Assembly: GCA_027083915.1 (NCBI GenBank)
Contig: JALWML010000060.1
Location: forward strand, 1 to 27,280
DNA length: 27,280 nt
Reading direction: 5' to 3'
Origin: Lysobacterales bacterium
GTDB lineage: Bacteria; Pseudomonadota; Gammaproteobacteria; Xanthomonadales; Marinicellaceae
In this document: positions 8,272 to 17,623 of the stretch, piece after piece
How the letters are laid out: every line of letters begins with the position of its first letter
Numbering within the stretch: position 1 is the first letter of the stretch
Program-made: the position numbers and the translations under genes
The notes under the pieces: model-generated
Seen by the model: the letters and a program-made list of their open reading frames with translations, nothing else
What the model was told of the DNA's origin: nothing
The model's database searches: none

Positions 8272-9177
8272 GTGAACAAAGAAGATAAAAGCAGTAATGA
8301 GAATCTCATTACTGCTTTTTTTAATTTCCTAAAGCTTGAAAAAGGCTTATCAAGTAATACTATCGCGAGTTATAACTCCGATATAAAACAATTTCAAAAA
8401 TTTATTAAGCACACAATTGAACTAACGCACGTTACAATGCCGGTGGTTGAAAGTTATGTAGGGTTTCTTAATAAGAAAAAACTAACACCTAAAAGTATAG
8501 CCCGAAAAATTTCATCACTCAAACAGTTGTACATTTACTTAATGAAAGTCAAATTAATTCAACAAAATCCTATTGACACTATTATCATGCCTAAAATTGG
8601 TAGTAGTGTACCTAAACCATTGTCTGAGGGTCAAATTAGTAAATTATTGGATTCACCCAATCAAACAACTGCCATTGGTTTTAGGGATAAAACTATGATT
8701 GAATTAATGTACTCCTGTGGTTTGCGAGTGACTGAGTTGATTAATGTTACTTTAATGCAAGTTAATTTGAACCAAGGAACCTTATTGATTACTGGTAAAG
8801 GGCAAAAGCAACGATTAATTCCAATGGGTGAATACGCTACAGATTTTTTATCAAAGTACTTAACGGATTATAGAGAATCATTATTGAAAACCAATAAATC
8901 TAATTATGTTTTCCTCAGTAATAGGGGAAAAAATATGACACGCCAAACTTTTTGGTACAGTTTAAAAAAATATGCTCTTCAATGCGGCATCTCTCCACTG
9001 CCTTCTCCACATATGCTGCGCCATTCCTTTGCTACACATTTACTTAATCATGGAGCAGATTTAAGAGTCGTTCAAATGTTATTAGGACATTCAAATATAT
9101 CAACAACACAGATATATACACTAGTAGCAAAAGAAAAATTGAAAGAAATTCATCAAAAACACCATCCTAGAGGGTGA
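8272..9177 (+). CDS. xerD: Site-specific tyrosine recombinase XerD
   Basis: GTG start. Catalytic residues in CGLRVTEL, GKGQKQR, SPHMLRHSFATHLLNHGADLRVVQMLLGH and TTQIY; C-terminal HHPRG; upstream of dsbC as in the conserved xerD-dsbC arrangement. Confidence 0.95.
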   Translation: MNKEDKSSNENLITAFFNFLKLEKGLSSNTIASYNSDIKQFQKFIKHTIELTHVTMPVVESYVGFLNKKKLTPKSIARKISSLKQLYIYLMKVKLIQQNPIDTIIMPKIGSSVPKPLSEGQISKLLDSPNQTTAIGFRDKTMIELMYSCGLRVTELINVTLMQVNLNQGTLLITGKGQKQRLIPMGEYATDFLSKYLTDYRESLLKTNKSNYVFLSNRGKNMTRQTFWYSLKKYALQCGISPLPSPHMLRHSFATHLLNHGADLRVVQMLLGHSNISTTQIYTLVAKEKLKEIHQKHHPRG

Positions 9178-9221
9178 GTTGTCCACAATTTATAATTAAA
9201 TAATTGCTTATAAATATAATT

Positions 9222-9250
9222 GGAACTAAAATTCATCCTTTCTTGTCAAA
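9222..9250 (+). promoter_or_regulatory. SigmaE (RpoE)-type promoter for dsbC
   Basis: GGAACT (9222-9227) - 17 nt - GTCAAA (9245-9250), close to the GGAACTT/TCAAA consensus, 28 nt before the dsbC ATG. Confidence 0.65.
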
Positions 9251-9278
9251 AGAACAATATTAAATTTGGAATCAGAGT

Positions 9279-10007
9279 ATGTATAAAATTATTACAACAA
9301 CAGCATTGATGTTAGCAGTGACTTCTATCAGTGCGAAAGAACCGTCTAAAGCAATCAAAGATGGTATTAAAAATTTAGCACCAACGGCTTCAGTTGCATC
9401 TATGGAAAAAACGCCAATAAAAGGAATTAAAGAAATTGTTATTAATTCAGGAAGAGGTGGAGAAGTCTATTATATTTCTGAAGATGGAAAATACTTATTA
9501 AATGGAAACATGATTGACACGACAAGTCGAGAAGATTTGACTGAAAATAAAAAATCGGGCATTAGAAAAGATTTAGTGTCAAAATTTGGAAAAAATGAAC
9601 GCATTGACTTTATTCCCAAGGACATGAAGCATCATATTACAGTTTTTACTGATATTGATTGTGGTTATTGTCGTAAATTACACAATCAAATAGATGAATA
9701 TAATAAATTGGGTATAGGAATTTCTTATCTTTTTTACCCAAGAGCGGGCTTGAAGTCTTCTGCATATGACAAGGCTTTAACGGTTTGGTGTTCTGATAAT
9801 AGACAAGAGGCATTGACTAATGCAAAATCAGGAATTGATTTAGAAAAGAAGACTTGCGACAACCCTATTGAAGCGCACTACAAAGCTGGTCAATCTGCTG
9901 GTGTAACAGGAACTCCTGCTATCGTGCTGGATAATGGTAAATTAATGCCAGGGTATTTGCCTCCTGAAAAATTGTTGCAAAGACTGAATATCATGACAGC
10001 TAAGTAA
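9279..10007 (+). CDS. dsbC: Thiol:disulfide isomerase DsbC
   Basis: 242 aa; signal peptide, dimerisation domain (YISEDGKYLLNG), FTDIDCGYC active site, second Cys pair, GTPA cis-Pro loop. Confidence 0.95.
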   Translation: MYKIITTTALMLAVTSISAKEPSKAIKDGIKNLAPTASVASMEKTPIKGIKEIVINSGRGGEVYYISEDGKYLLNGNMIDTTSREDLTENKKSGIRKDLVSKFGKNERIDFIPKDMKHHITVFTDIDCGYCRKLHNQIDEYNKLGIGISYLFYPRAGLKSSAYDKALTVWCSDNRQEALTNAKSGIDLEKKTCDNPIEAHYKAGQSAGVTGTPAIVLDNGKLMPGYLPPEKLLQRLNIMTAK

Positions 10008-10029
10008 AAACACATTCAAGAAATTTAAT

Positions 10030-10054
10030 AAAACCGGCTTCTGCCGGTTTTTTT
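10030..10054 (+). terminator. Rho-independent terminator after dsbC
   Basis: AAAACCGGC-ttct-GCCGGTTTT followed by further Ts, 22 nt after the dsbC stop. Confidence 0.85.
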
Positions 10055-10141
10055 AGTTTAATCATTAGTGAATAGTGATATAACATTGAGTGGATTAATG
10101 GTATTATTCACACCTGAATTAGTCAACATCCCTGATATAAA

Positions 10142-13100
10142 ATGAACAGCGAAATCTTCGTACTACAATCAGCTTTAATGCTGGGTCAATTTCAACTCGA
10201 CAAGCTTAATAAAGAACTCAACAATACTAATAAAATTGTTAGAATTACAGATGTGTTTTTATTATCTGCTTCAAGAGATTCCAGTATAAATTTTAGCACA
10301 TTAAAAAGCTTATTACATGCTAGTGAATATGCGAAAGGTGAACACGTTGTCTTTGTGGCACCAAGGCATGGAACAATATCGCCGTGGTCTAGTAAAGCAA
10401 CTGATATTTTGCATAATTGTGGGTTTAAAGATATTAAGCGAATAGAGCAAGCTCGCTGTTATGAGTTTGATAAAGATATCTCTATTGAAACAATAAGACA
10501 AACACATATCTTTGATCGAATGATTGAAGATGTTTATGAAAATATAGATGAGTTATCAGTTTTATTTGAGGAATTAAAGCCACAAAAAGATGATGAGATA
10601 AAAATTATCAATTATCCAGAAAAAATAGATGAAATTAACCAAGAACTGGGTTTAGCTCTGTCTGAAAGTGAAAAGCAATACTTGCTTAAGAGTTATACAG
10701 AGATACAAAAAGAACCAACAGCAGCAGAATTAATGATGTTTGCTCAGGCAAACTCAGAGCATTGTCGGCATAAGATATTTAATGCCAGCTGGTATATTGA
10801 TAATCAAAAACAACCCAAATCGTTGTTCTCAATGATACGAAATACTGAAGCCAACACACCAAGCCCCGCTATTTCGGCTTACAAAGACAATTCAGCTGTT
10901 TTTAAAGGTGGTAAGAGTGTACGCTGGATTAAAGATAGTGAAAATAAATACATTGAAGAAACTTTAATTGCTGATATTCTAATTAAGGTAGAAACACACA
11001 ACCATCCAACTGCAATATCTCCATTTCCAGGGGCTGCAACTGGATCAGGTGGTGAAATTAGAGATGAGGCAGCAACAGGGCAAGGCAGTCGTCCAAAAGC
11101 TGGATTAACAGGCTATTCGGTTAGTCATTTGAAAATACCAAGTAATATTCATCCGTGGGAAGAGCATACAATTGGCAAGCCAGAACGCATTGCATCAGCT
11201 CTTGAAATTATGCTTGAAGCACCATTGGGAGCAGCGGCTTTCAATGATGAGTTTGGTAGACCAAATATTTGTGGGTATTTTCGTTCACTGGAAATCAATA
11301 CGCAAGACTTTGGCTGGAGAGGGTATCATAAGCCGATTATGTTAGCTGGTGGTTTAGGAACAATCAATCATGATTTAGCAATAAAACAAGACACACAAGC
11401 AGAGGATGTCTTGGTTGTATTGGGTGGCCCTGCAATGTTGATTGGCCTAGGAGGTGGAGCGGCCTCGTCAATGACTAGCGGCAGTAGAAAAGAAGACTTG
11501 GATTTTGCTTCGGTACAACGCGGCAATCCAGAGATGGAGCGGCGTTGCCAAGAAGTGATAGACTCGTGTTGGTCTCAAGGTGAAAATAGCCCCATACGTT
11601 CAATTCATGATGTTGGAGCAGGTGGTTTATCTAACGCAATGCCAGAATTGCTTGATGATGCTGGGTTGGGTGGAGTGCTAGAGTTACGAGAGTTGCAGAT
11701 AGATACTACATCCATGACGCCAATGGAAATATGGTGTAACGAATCACAAGAGCGTTATGTTATCTCTATTAAACCCGATAAACTAGATGAGTTTACAAAA
11801 ATTTGTAGAACAGAACGTTGCCCAGTTGCTGTTTTAGGTAAGGCAACAAAAGAGCAAAAATTAATTGTTAATGACAATTATTTTAATGAAAAAGTTGTGG
11901 ATATTCCAATGAGTCTTTTATTTGGGAACACGCCGAAAACTGAGAAGAATATCAAGAGAGTAAAGCCAAAGCTTAGTTGTTTTGATAGCAGTTCAATTAG
12001 CATAGAGGAAGCTGTAGACAAAATACTAGCATTTCCTACTGTTGCCAGTAAAAAATACTTAATAACAATCGGCGATCGTACTGTATCAGGATTGGTTCAT
12101 CGAGATCAAATGGTTGGACCCTGGCAAGTTCCAGTAGCAGATTGCGGAGTCACGTTAAGAGATTTTCACTCATATGCAGGTGAAGTCATGTCTATAGGTG
12201 AAAAAGCACCATTGGCGTTAATTGATGGAAAGGCATCAGCGCAAATGGCTGTCTGTGAAGCTTTGCTAAATTGTGCTGCCAATTCAATTGGTTCGCTGGA
12301 CAAAATTAAATTATCAGCCAATTGGATGGCAGCATCAGGATTGGGTCGGGAAGATGAGGTCTTGTTTGAAGCAGTCAAAGCTATTGGTGAAGATTTGTGC
12401 CCACAATTGGGAATTGGTATTCCTGTGGGTAAAGATTCTTTGTCGATGAATTCGCAATGGGATGAGGGCAATAAAAAAGTAACAGCACCTGTTTCATTAT
12501 TAATCTCTGCTTTTGCTAATGTCAAAGATGTTCGCAAAAGCATAACACCTTATTTTGATGCAAAACAAATACACAAGCTATATTACATCGATTTAGCGCA
12601 AGGTCACAAACGTTTAGGGGCTTCATCTCTGGCTCAAGTTTATAGTCAGTTAGGTGATGATTGTCCTCAAGTAGAGAATGTTGAGAAGATAAAGTCGTTT
12701 TGGCAATTAATGCAATTGTTAATAGATGATGAAATAATATCAGCCTACCATGATATTTCGGATGGAGGGTTGTTTGTTACTCTTGTTGAGATGTGTATGG
12801 CAAGTCATTGTGGAGCACAAATTAATATAGACTTTAGTGAAAAAGCTCATCTGAATGTACTTTTTTCAGAAGAACTTGGCGTGGTAGTCGCAGTATCAGC
12901 AGAACATGAAGCTGATTTTTTTAGGCAAGTAGAAAAATCTGGTTTGAATAAGGGCGTGTTTGAAATTGGCTTCAGTCAAGTTCCAAAGAATGTACAAATT
13001 AGAGCAGAAAATAAAATCATACTCGATGAATCTTTGGCAAGTTTACAAAAAAAATGGAGTTTAACCAGTCACCAGATGGCAAGCTTAAGAGATAATCCAG

Positions 13101-13966
13101 AAACATGCTTGCAAGAATTTGACTGGATTAGCAAGGATGAAGCTGGCATTAGTCCAAAGGTTTCTTTTGATTTTAGCCAAGAAGTGATAGCGCCTTATGT
13201 CAATTTATCGCGACCTAAAGTGGCAATCTTAAGAGAGCAAGGTGTTAATGGCCAAAAAGAAATGGCGATGGCATTTTACAAAGCTGGTTTTGATGCCTAT
13301 GATGTTCATATGCAGGATTTGCTGGACGGGCGATTTAACTTAAATGATTTTCAGGGTATGGCTGCTTGTGGTGGATTTTCCTATGGTGATGTGCTTGGAG
13401 CAGGTAAAGGCTGGGCGCATAGCATCTTATTTAACGAACAAATTAAAGCACAGTTTAGTCAATATTTTGCTAGTGGTGATAAGTTTACCTTGGGCGTCTG
13501 TAATGGCTGTCAGATGTTGTCGTCTTTAAAAGAGATAATTCCTGGTGCTCAATCTTGGCCGCAATTTCTAAAAAACACATCGCAGCAATTTGAGGCTCGT
13601 TTTTCTTCTGTTATAATTGAGAAGAGTAACTCTATCTTTTTTGAAGATATGCATGGTGCACATATTCCAGTTGCTATTGCACATGGAGAGGGTCGCGCGT
13701 GTTTTGAGGATGAATATAACACAAAAAATAGAGCGGTTAGTTATTGTGATAATAATGGTAACAGGACACAAAGCTATCCTTTTAATCCGAATGGTTCTCA
13801 CAATGCTACAGCAGCTGTTAGTAATGAAGCTGGTAATGTGTTGATAATGATGCCACACCCTGAACGGGTATTTAGAGCAGAACAGATGTCATGGTATCCT
13901 AAACAGTGGCAGGGAAATTCACCGTGGATGAGAATGTTTTACAATGCGAGGAGATTTGTTAAGTGA
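10142..13966 (+). CDS. purL: Phosphoribosylformylglycinamidine synthase, large single-chain type
   Basis: 1274 aa; NSEHCRHKIFNA, KVETHNHPTAISPFPGAATGSGGEIRDE, glutaminase GVCNGCQ and HPE motifs. Confidence 0.98.
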   Translation: MNSEIFVLQSALMLGQFQLDKLNKELNNTNKIVRITDVFLLSASRDSSINFSTLKSLLHASEYAKGEHVVFVAPRHGTISPWSSKATDILHNCGFKDIKRIEQARCYEFDKDISIETIRQTHIFDRMIEDVYENIDELSVLFEELKPQKDDEIKIINYPEKIDEINQELGLALSESEKQYLLKSYTEIQKEPTAAELMMFAQANSEHCRHKIFNASWYIDNQKQPKSLFSMIRNTEANTPSPAISAYKDNSAVFKGGKSVRWIKDSENKYIEETLIADILIKVETHNHPTAISPFPGAATGSGGEIRDEAATGQGSRPKAGLTGYSVSHLKIPSNIHPWEEHTIGKPERIASALEIMLEAPLGAAAFNDEFGRPNICGYFRSLEINTQDFGWRGYHKPIMLAGGLGTINHDLAIKQDTQAEDVLVVLGGPAMLIGLGGGAASSMTSGSRKEDLDFASVQRGNPEMERRCQEVIDSCWSQGENSPIRSIHDVGAGGLSNAMPELLDDAGLGGVLELRELQIDTTSMTPMEIWCNESQERYVISIKPDKLDEFTKICRTERCPVAVLGKATKEQKLIVNDNYFNEKVVDIPMSLLFGNTPKTEKNIKRVKPKLSCFDSSSISIEEAVDKILAFPTVASKKYLITIGDRTVSGLVHRDQMVGPWQVPVADCGVTLRDFHSYAGEVMSIGEKAPLALIDGKASAQMAVCEALLNCAANSIGSLDKIKLSANWMAASGLGREDEVLFEAVKAIGEDLCPQLGIGIPVGKDSLSMNSQWDEGNKKVTAPVSLLISAFANVKDVRKSITPYFDAKQIHKLYYIDLAQGHKRLGASSLAQVYSQLGDDCPQVENVEKIKSFWQLMQLLIDDEIISAYHDISDGGLFVTLVEMCMASHCGAQINIDFSEKAHLNVLFSEELGVVVAVSAEHEADFFRQVEKSGLNKGVFEIGFSQVPKNVQIRAENKIILDESLASLQKKWSLTSHQMASLRDNPETCLQEFDWISKDEAGISPKVSFDFSQEVIAPYVNLSRPKVAILREQGVNGQKEMAMAFYKAGFDAYDVHMQDLLDGRFNLNDFQGMAACGGFSYGDVLGAGKGWAHSILFNEQIKAQFSQYFASGDKFTLGVCNGCQMLSSLKEIIPGAQSWPQFLKNTSQQFEARFSSVIIEKSNSIFFEDMHGAHIPVAIAHGEGRACFEDEYNTKNRAVSYCDNNGNRTQSYPFNPNGSHNATAAVSNEAGNVLIMMPHPERVFRAEQMSWYPKQWQGNSPWMRMFYNARRFVK

Positions 13967-14655
13967 GTGATTCAGTAGAAAATAACGAAAAATATTCAAA
14001 AACAGTTATTAAAGAAATGCTAATTAGCGCGATACTTTATTTGCCTATTAGTTTCTTTGTGTGGTTTTATGCCTCAGCATTATTAGTGATACCAGTAAAA
14101 TATCTCTTGCAAGCAGTACTAACTTTGTGGCAACCTGAACTTTTTAATGCTGTCACGCAGCACCAGTATTTATTAAGTATTGAAACGTTAATTTTTCCAT
14201 CAGAGACATTTGCTGGTCAAGGCGATAAGTTGGCAGTTTTGGATGTATCGGTTAATCCTATGTTGTATGGTTATGGGGTTGCTGTTATTTCAGGGTTGGT
14301 TTTGTCGGTTCCTGGACTGAAGTGGACTAAAGTCATCTTTCAAATAGTTTTGGGTTATTTTGTTGTTGTTTTGGTGCAAACTTTTGGATCTTTTTGGGAA
14401 ATGATGAAGCATTTAATGTTAGAAGCTGGACCTGATGTGTCTCATGCCATTCTCGAAACAGGCATATCGCCCAATATTATGGCGTTGATGTACCAATTAT
14501 CTTATTTAATTTTCCCAGCAGTTATTCCTGTTGCTTATTGGATTATAATGAATAATGTCTTTATTGGAGAAATAACTGGCCTGGATAAAAAACAAGCTCG
14601 AAACTTTAATAAGAAAGCAGTGTCTGATAAAAAACAAACTGAAGAAGATAAATGA
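13963..14655 (+). CDS. Exosortase-H-associated-type multi-pass membrane protein (no Cys)
   Basis: 230 aa with about 4-5 hydrophobic segments. Motifs VNPMLYGYG and YQLSYLIFPAVIPV recall the XrtH-associated family (from memory). GTG start overlaps the purL TGA, with SD GAGGAG upstream. Confidence 0.6.
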   Translation: MSDSVENNEKYSKTVIKEMLISAILYLPISFFVWFYASALLVIPVKYLLQAVLTLWQPELFNAVTQHQYLLSIETLIFPSETFAGQGDKLAVLDVSVNPMLYGYGVAVISGLVLSVPGLKWTKVIFQIVLGYFVVVLVQTFGSFWEMMKHLMLEAGPDVSHAILETGISPNIMALMYQLSYLIFPAVIPVAYWIIMNNVFIGEITGLDKKQARNFNKKAVSDKKQTEEDK

Positions 14656-16400
14656 GCGAAACAGTAGCACAATACGAAACGGGACAACAGGAGATTCAAA
14701 CAGAGCAAACGTTTGAAGAACAATTGTGTCAATACATGATTGAAAACGGAAGACTCAAAGCCGAAGATTTGGCTCGAGGTCAACGCCTCTATGCAGAAAC
14801 ATTAAGTACGTCATTGGTTCCTTTATTGGTTAGGTTGGGTTTGGCATCAGAGAGAGATGTTGCTAATTCATTAAGCGAATTAATGGGTATAGAAATGATA
14901 GCTGAAAAGGACTACCCTGAGTCTGTTGCTATTGAAACAGAATTTCCAGAGCGTTTTATGCGAGAAAATTTGTTTGTCCCCATCGCAGAAGACGCAGACA
15001 CGATAAGTGTTGTTATGGTTTATCCGAGTGATGAATTTACTACAAAATCAATTAAAATGGCTTCGGGTAAAGATTTAGAAATAAAAATCGGTTTACCTTC
15101 AGAAGTGGAAAATGCCATAGAAAAACTCTTTGGCGGCGGACGTTCTGCCATGGGGCAGATAGTTGATAATTTATCTGATGAAAATACAGGTGATGAAGAA
15201 GATGTGGATCATTTGCGTGATTTAGCATCTGAGGCTCCTGTTATTCGATTGGTAAATATTATTTTACAACGTGCTGTTGAAGCGCGAGCATCCGATATTC
15301 ACGTAGAGCCTTTTGAAAACCGACTAAAAGTTCGTTACCGAATTGATGGTGTCTTACAAGAGGTTGAGTCACCACCCGCACGATCAACAGCCGCTGTTAT
15401 TTCTCGTATTAAAATCATGGCAAAACTTAATATTGCCGAAAGACGTTTACCACAAGATGGTCGAATTATGTTGCGAGTGCAAGGTAAAGAATTGGACTTA
15501 CGTGTTTCGACCGTTCCAACTTCTTATGGTGAGTCTGTCGTTATGCGTATCTTGGATAGAGAAAGTATTGTTTTTGATTTCCATCAGTTAGGGTTTACGG
15601 ATCGAATACTTGAGCCCTTTAAAAAAGTTTTGGAGTTGCCTCATGGAATCATGTTGGTGACAGGCCCAACGGGTTCTGGTAAAACCACAACACTTTATAC
15701 GGCACTCCAGCAGTTAAATACCGAAGAGCGAAAAATTATCACAGTCGAAGATCCAGTGGAATACCAATTGACAGGTATTAACCAAATCCAAGTAAAATCT
15801 TCAATTGGTTTAGACTTTACCTCCGCATTGCGTGCTATTGTTCGCCAAGATCCTGATGTTATTATGATTGGTGAGATGCGTGATTTAGAGACTGCTAAAA
15901 TAGCCATTCAATCCGCCTTAACCGGTCACTTGGTATTGTCAACAATTCACACCAATGATGCCTCCGGAGGTATCACGAGAATGCTGGATATGGGTGTAGA
16001 AGATTACTTGTTGACTTCTACAGTTAATGGAATTTTGGCACAACGTCTGGTGAGAAAACTCAATCAAGAAACAGCAAAGAAAGAAATATTAACTGCCGAT
16101 GTGGTCAAAAGCATGGGTTTAGATAAGCTTGTCAAACAAGATGAATACGCTTTTTACAAACCAGTGCCTAGTGAAAATAATTTAACAGGTTATGCAGGAC
16201 GTATGTCAATTCTAGAGTTTTTGGAAATGTCTGATCCCATTCGCCGCATGATAATGAGTCATGCAACAGCGGGTGAAATTCAAGCTCAAGCCTGTAAAGA
16301 AGGCATGACAACTATCTACGAAGATGGTTTATTAAAATGTTTGGAAGGCAGAACGAGTTACGAAGAAATACTGCGTGTTTCTCAAGATGGTGAGCATTAA
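14652..16400 (+). CDS. gspE: Type II secretion ATPase GspE (XpsE type, extended N-terminus)
   Basis: 582 aa; Walker A GPTGSGKTTT, KIITVEDPVEY, RQDPDVIMIGEMRD, His box TGHLVLSTIH. Confidence 0.95.
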   Translation: MSETVAQYETGQQEIQTEQTFEEQLCQYMIENGRLKAEDLARGQRLYAETLSTSLVPLLVRLGLASERDVANSLSELMGIEMIAEKDYPESVAIETEFPERFMRENLFVPIAEDADTISVVMVYPSDEFTTKSIKMASGKDLEIKIGLPSEVENAIEKLFGGGRSAMGQIVDNLSDENTGDEEDVDHLRDLASEAPVIRLVNIILQRAVEARASDIHVEPFENRLKVRYRIDGVLQEVESPPARSTAAVISRIKIMAKLNIAERRLPQDGRIMLRVQGKELDLRVSTVPTSYGESVVMRILDRESIVFDFHQLGFTDRILEPFKKVLELPHGIMLVTGPTGSGKTTTLYTALQQLNTEERKIITVEDPVEYQLTGINQIQVKSSIGLDFTSALRAIVRQDPDVIMIGEMRDLETAKIAIQSALTGHLVLSTIHTNDASGGITRMLDMGVEDYLLTSTVNGILAQRLVRKLNQETAKKEILTADVVKSMGLDKLVKQDEYAFYKPVPSENNLTGYAGRMSILEFLEMSDPIRRMIMSHATAGEIQAQACKEGMTTIYEDGLLKCLEGRTSYEEILRVSQDGEH

Positions 16401-16405
16401 AATTT

Positions 16406-17614
16406 ATGGCGCAATTTGTATACAAAGCACTGACACCAGCAGGTGAACAACTCGAAGGACAAATGGATGCCACTTCACGTGATGAAGTGATTAGTAAAAT
16501 TCAGGCAGCTGGCAATATTCCAGTAACAGCAAAAGAACTGGGCACGGGCTTTTCATTTGAAAATTTAATGGCTTCACGCAAGACGATTACTCAGAAACAA
16601 GTTGGTGAATTTACTGATCAGTTAGCTACCTTGCTTAACTCAGGTATGCCGCTTGAGCGGTCTTTGAGCGTTATGATTGATTTGATTGATGAAGAACGAT
16701 TACGCGTTATGGTTGAACAAGTGCGTGATAAGGTGCGTGGTGGAGGAACACTCTCTGATGCCTTGGAAGAACAACATGTTTTTTCTAACATGTATACAAA
16801 CATGGTGCGAGCAGGTGAGATGGGCGGAACCTTAGAGGTTACTTTGGAGCGCCTGTCTGATTATATGTCGCGAGCTAAGGAATTAAAAGACTCAGTGGTT
16901 TCGGCAATGATTTACCCAACCATCTTGTTTATATTGGCAGGTGTTTCCATGTTTGTCTTGTTGGGTAAGGTTGTACCCTCTTTTAAGCCAATGTTTGAGG
17001 ATGCGGGTATTGATTTACCAACTATTACCCAAATGGTTTTGTCTATTGCGGGTTTTGTGCAGAGTTATTGGTGGGTGATGATTTTAATATTTGTTGCTAT
17101 CATCGTTTTGATTAAACAAAAGCTTAAAGAAGCCGATTTTCGACTTGAGTGGGATAAAAAATTGTTAACCTTGCCTTTGGTCGGTGATTTAATTACCAAA
17201 ATTGATATCGCTCGATTCACCCGAACTCTCGGAACTTTGGTTGATAGTGGTGTGCCACTCTTATCAGGGTTAACCATTGCAAAAAAAGTGATAAACAATA
17301 CATTGCTAAACCAAATTGTTGGTGATGCTTCAGAAAAAGTAAAACATGGTGAACCTTTGGCTTCAGGATTGGACAAAGTAGATGAGTTTCCACGTTTAGC
17401 TCAGCAATTGATTAGTGTGGGTGAGGAAACTGGAAAATTAAATGAAATGCTGTTAAAAACAGCAGATACATATGATATTGAAGTTAAGACTTCAATTGAT
17501 CGCATGATTTCGTTGTTGGTACCTGTTGTGGTATTGGTATTGGCAGCTTTAATCTTTTTTATAATATTTGCTATCATGATGGCAATGTTAAAAATGAATG
17601 AAATAGCAGGATAG
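16406..17614 (+). CDS. gspF: Type II secretion inner-membrane platform protein GspF
   Basis: 402 aa; LATLLNSGMPL, VRAGEMGGTL, SAMIYP, VGEETGKL motifs. Confidence 0.95.
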   Translation: MAQFVYKALTPAGEQLEGQMDATSRDEVISKIQAAGNIPVTAKELGTGFSFENLMASRKTITQKQVGEFTDQLATLLNSGMPLERSLSVMIDLIDEERLRVMVEQVRDKVRGGGTLSDALEEQHVFSNMYTNMVRAGEMGGTLEVTLERLSDYMSRAKELKDSVVSAMIYPTILFILAGVSMFVLLGKVVPSFKPMFEDAGIDLPTITQMVLSIAGFVQSYWWVMILIFVAIIVLIKQKLKEADFRLEWDKKLLTLPLVGDLITKIDIARFTRTLGTLVDSGVPLLSGLTIAKKVINNTLLNQIVGDASEKVKHGEPLASGLDKVDEFPRLAQQLISVGEETGKLNEMLLKTADTYDIEVKTSIDRMISLLVPVVVLVLAALIFFIIFAIMMAMLKMNEIAG

Positions 17615-17623
17615 AGGTACAAA

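Noticed and set aside
8272-9177. Tyrosine recombinase as a sign of an integrated element
   Set aside because: The motifs and xerD-dsbC linkage identify housekeeping XerD; no att sites or mobile cargo.
9179-9187. DnaA-box-like TTGTCCACA
   Set aside because: Single copy with a mismatch; no oriC-like context.
10055-10141. PurR box or purine/ZMP riboswitch upstream of purL
   Set aside because: No ACGCAAACGTTT-like site or recognisable aptamer; the region is short.
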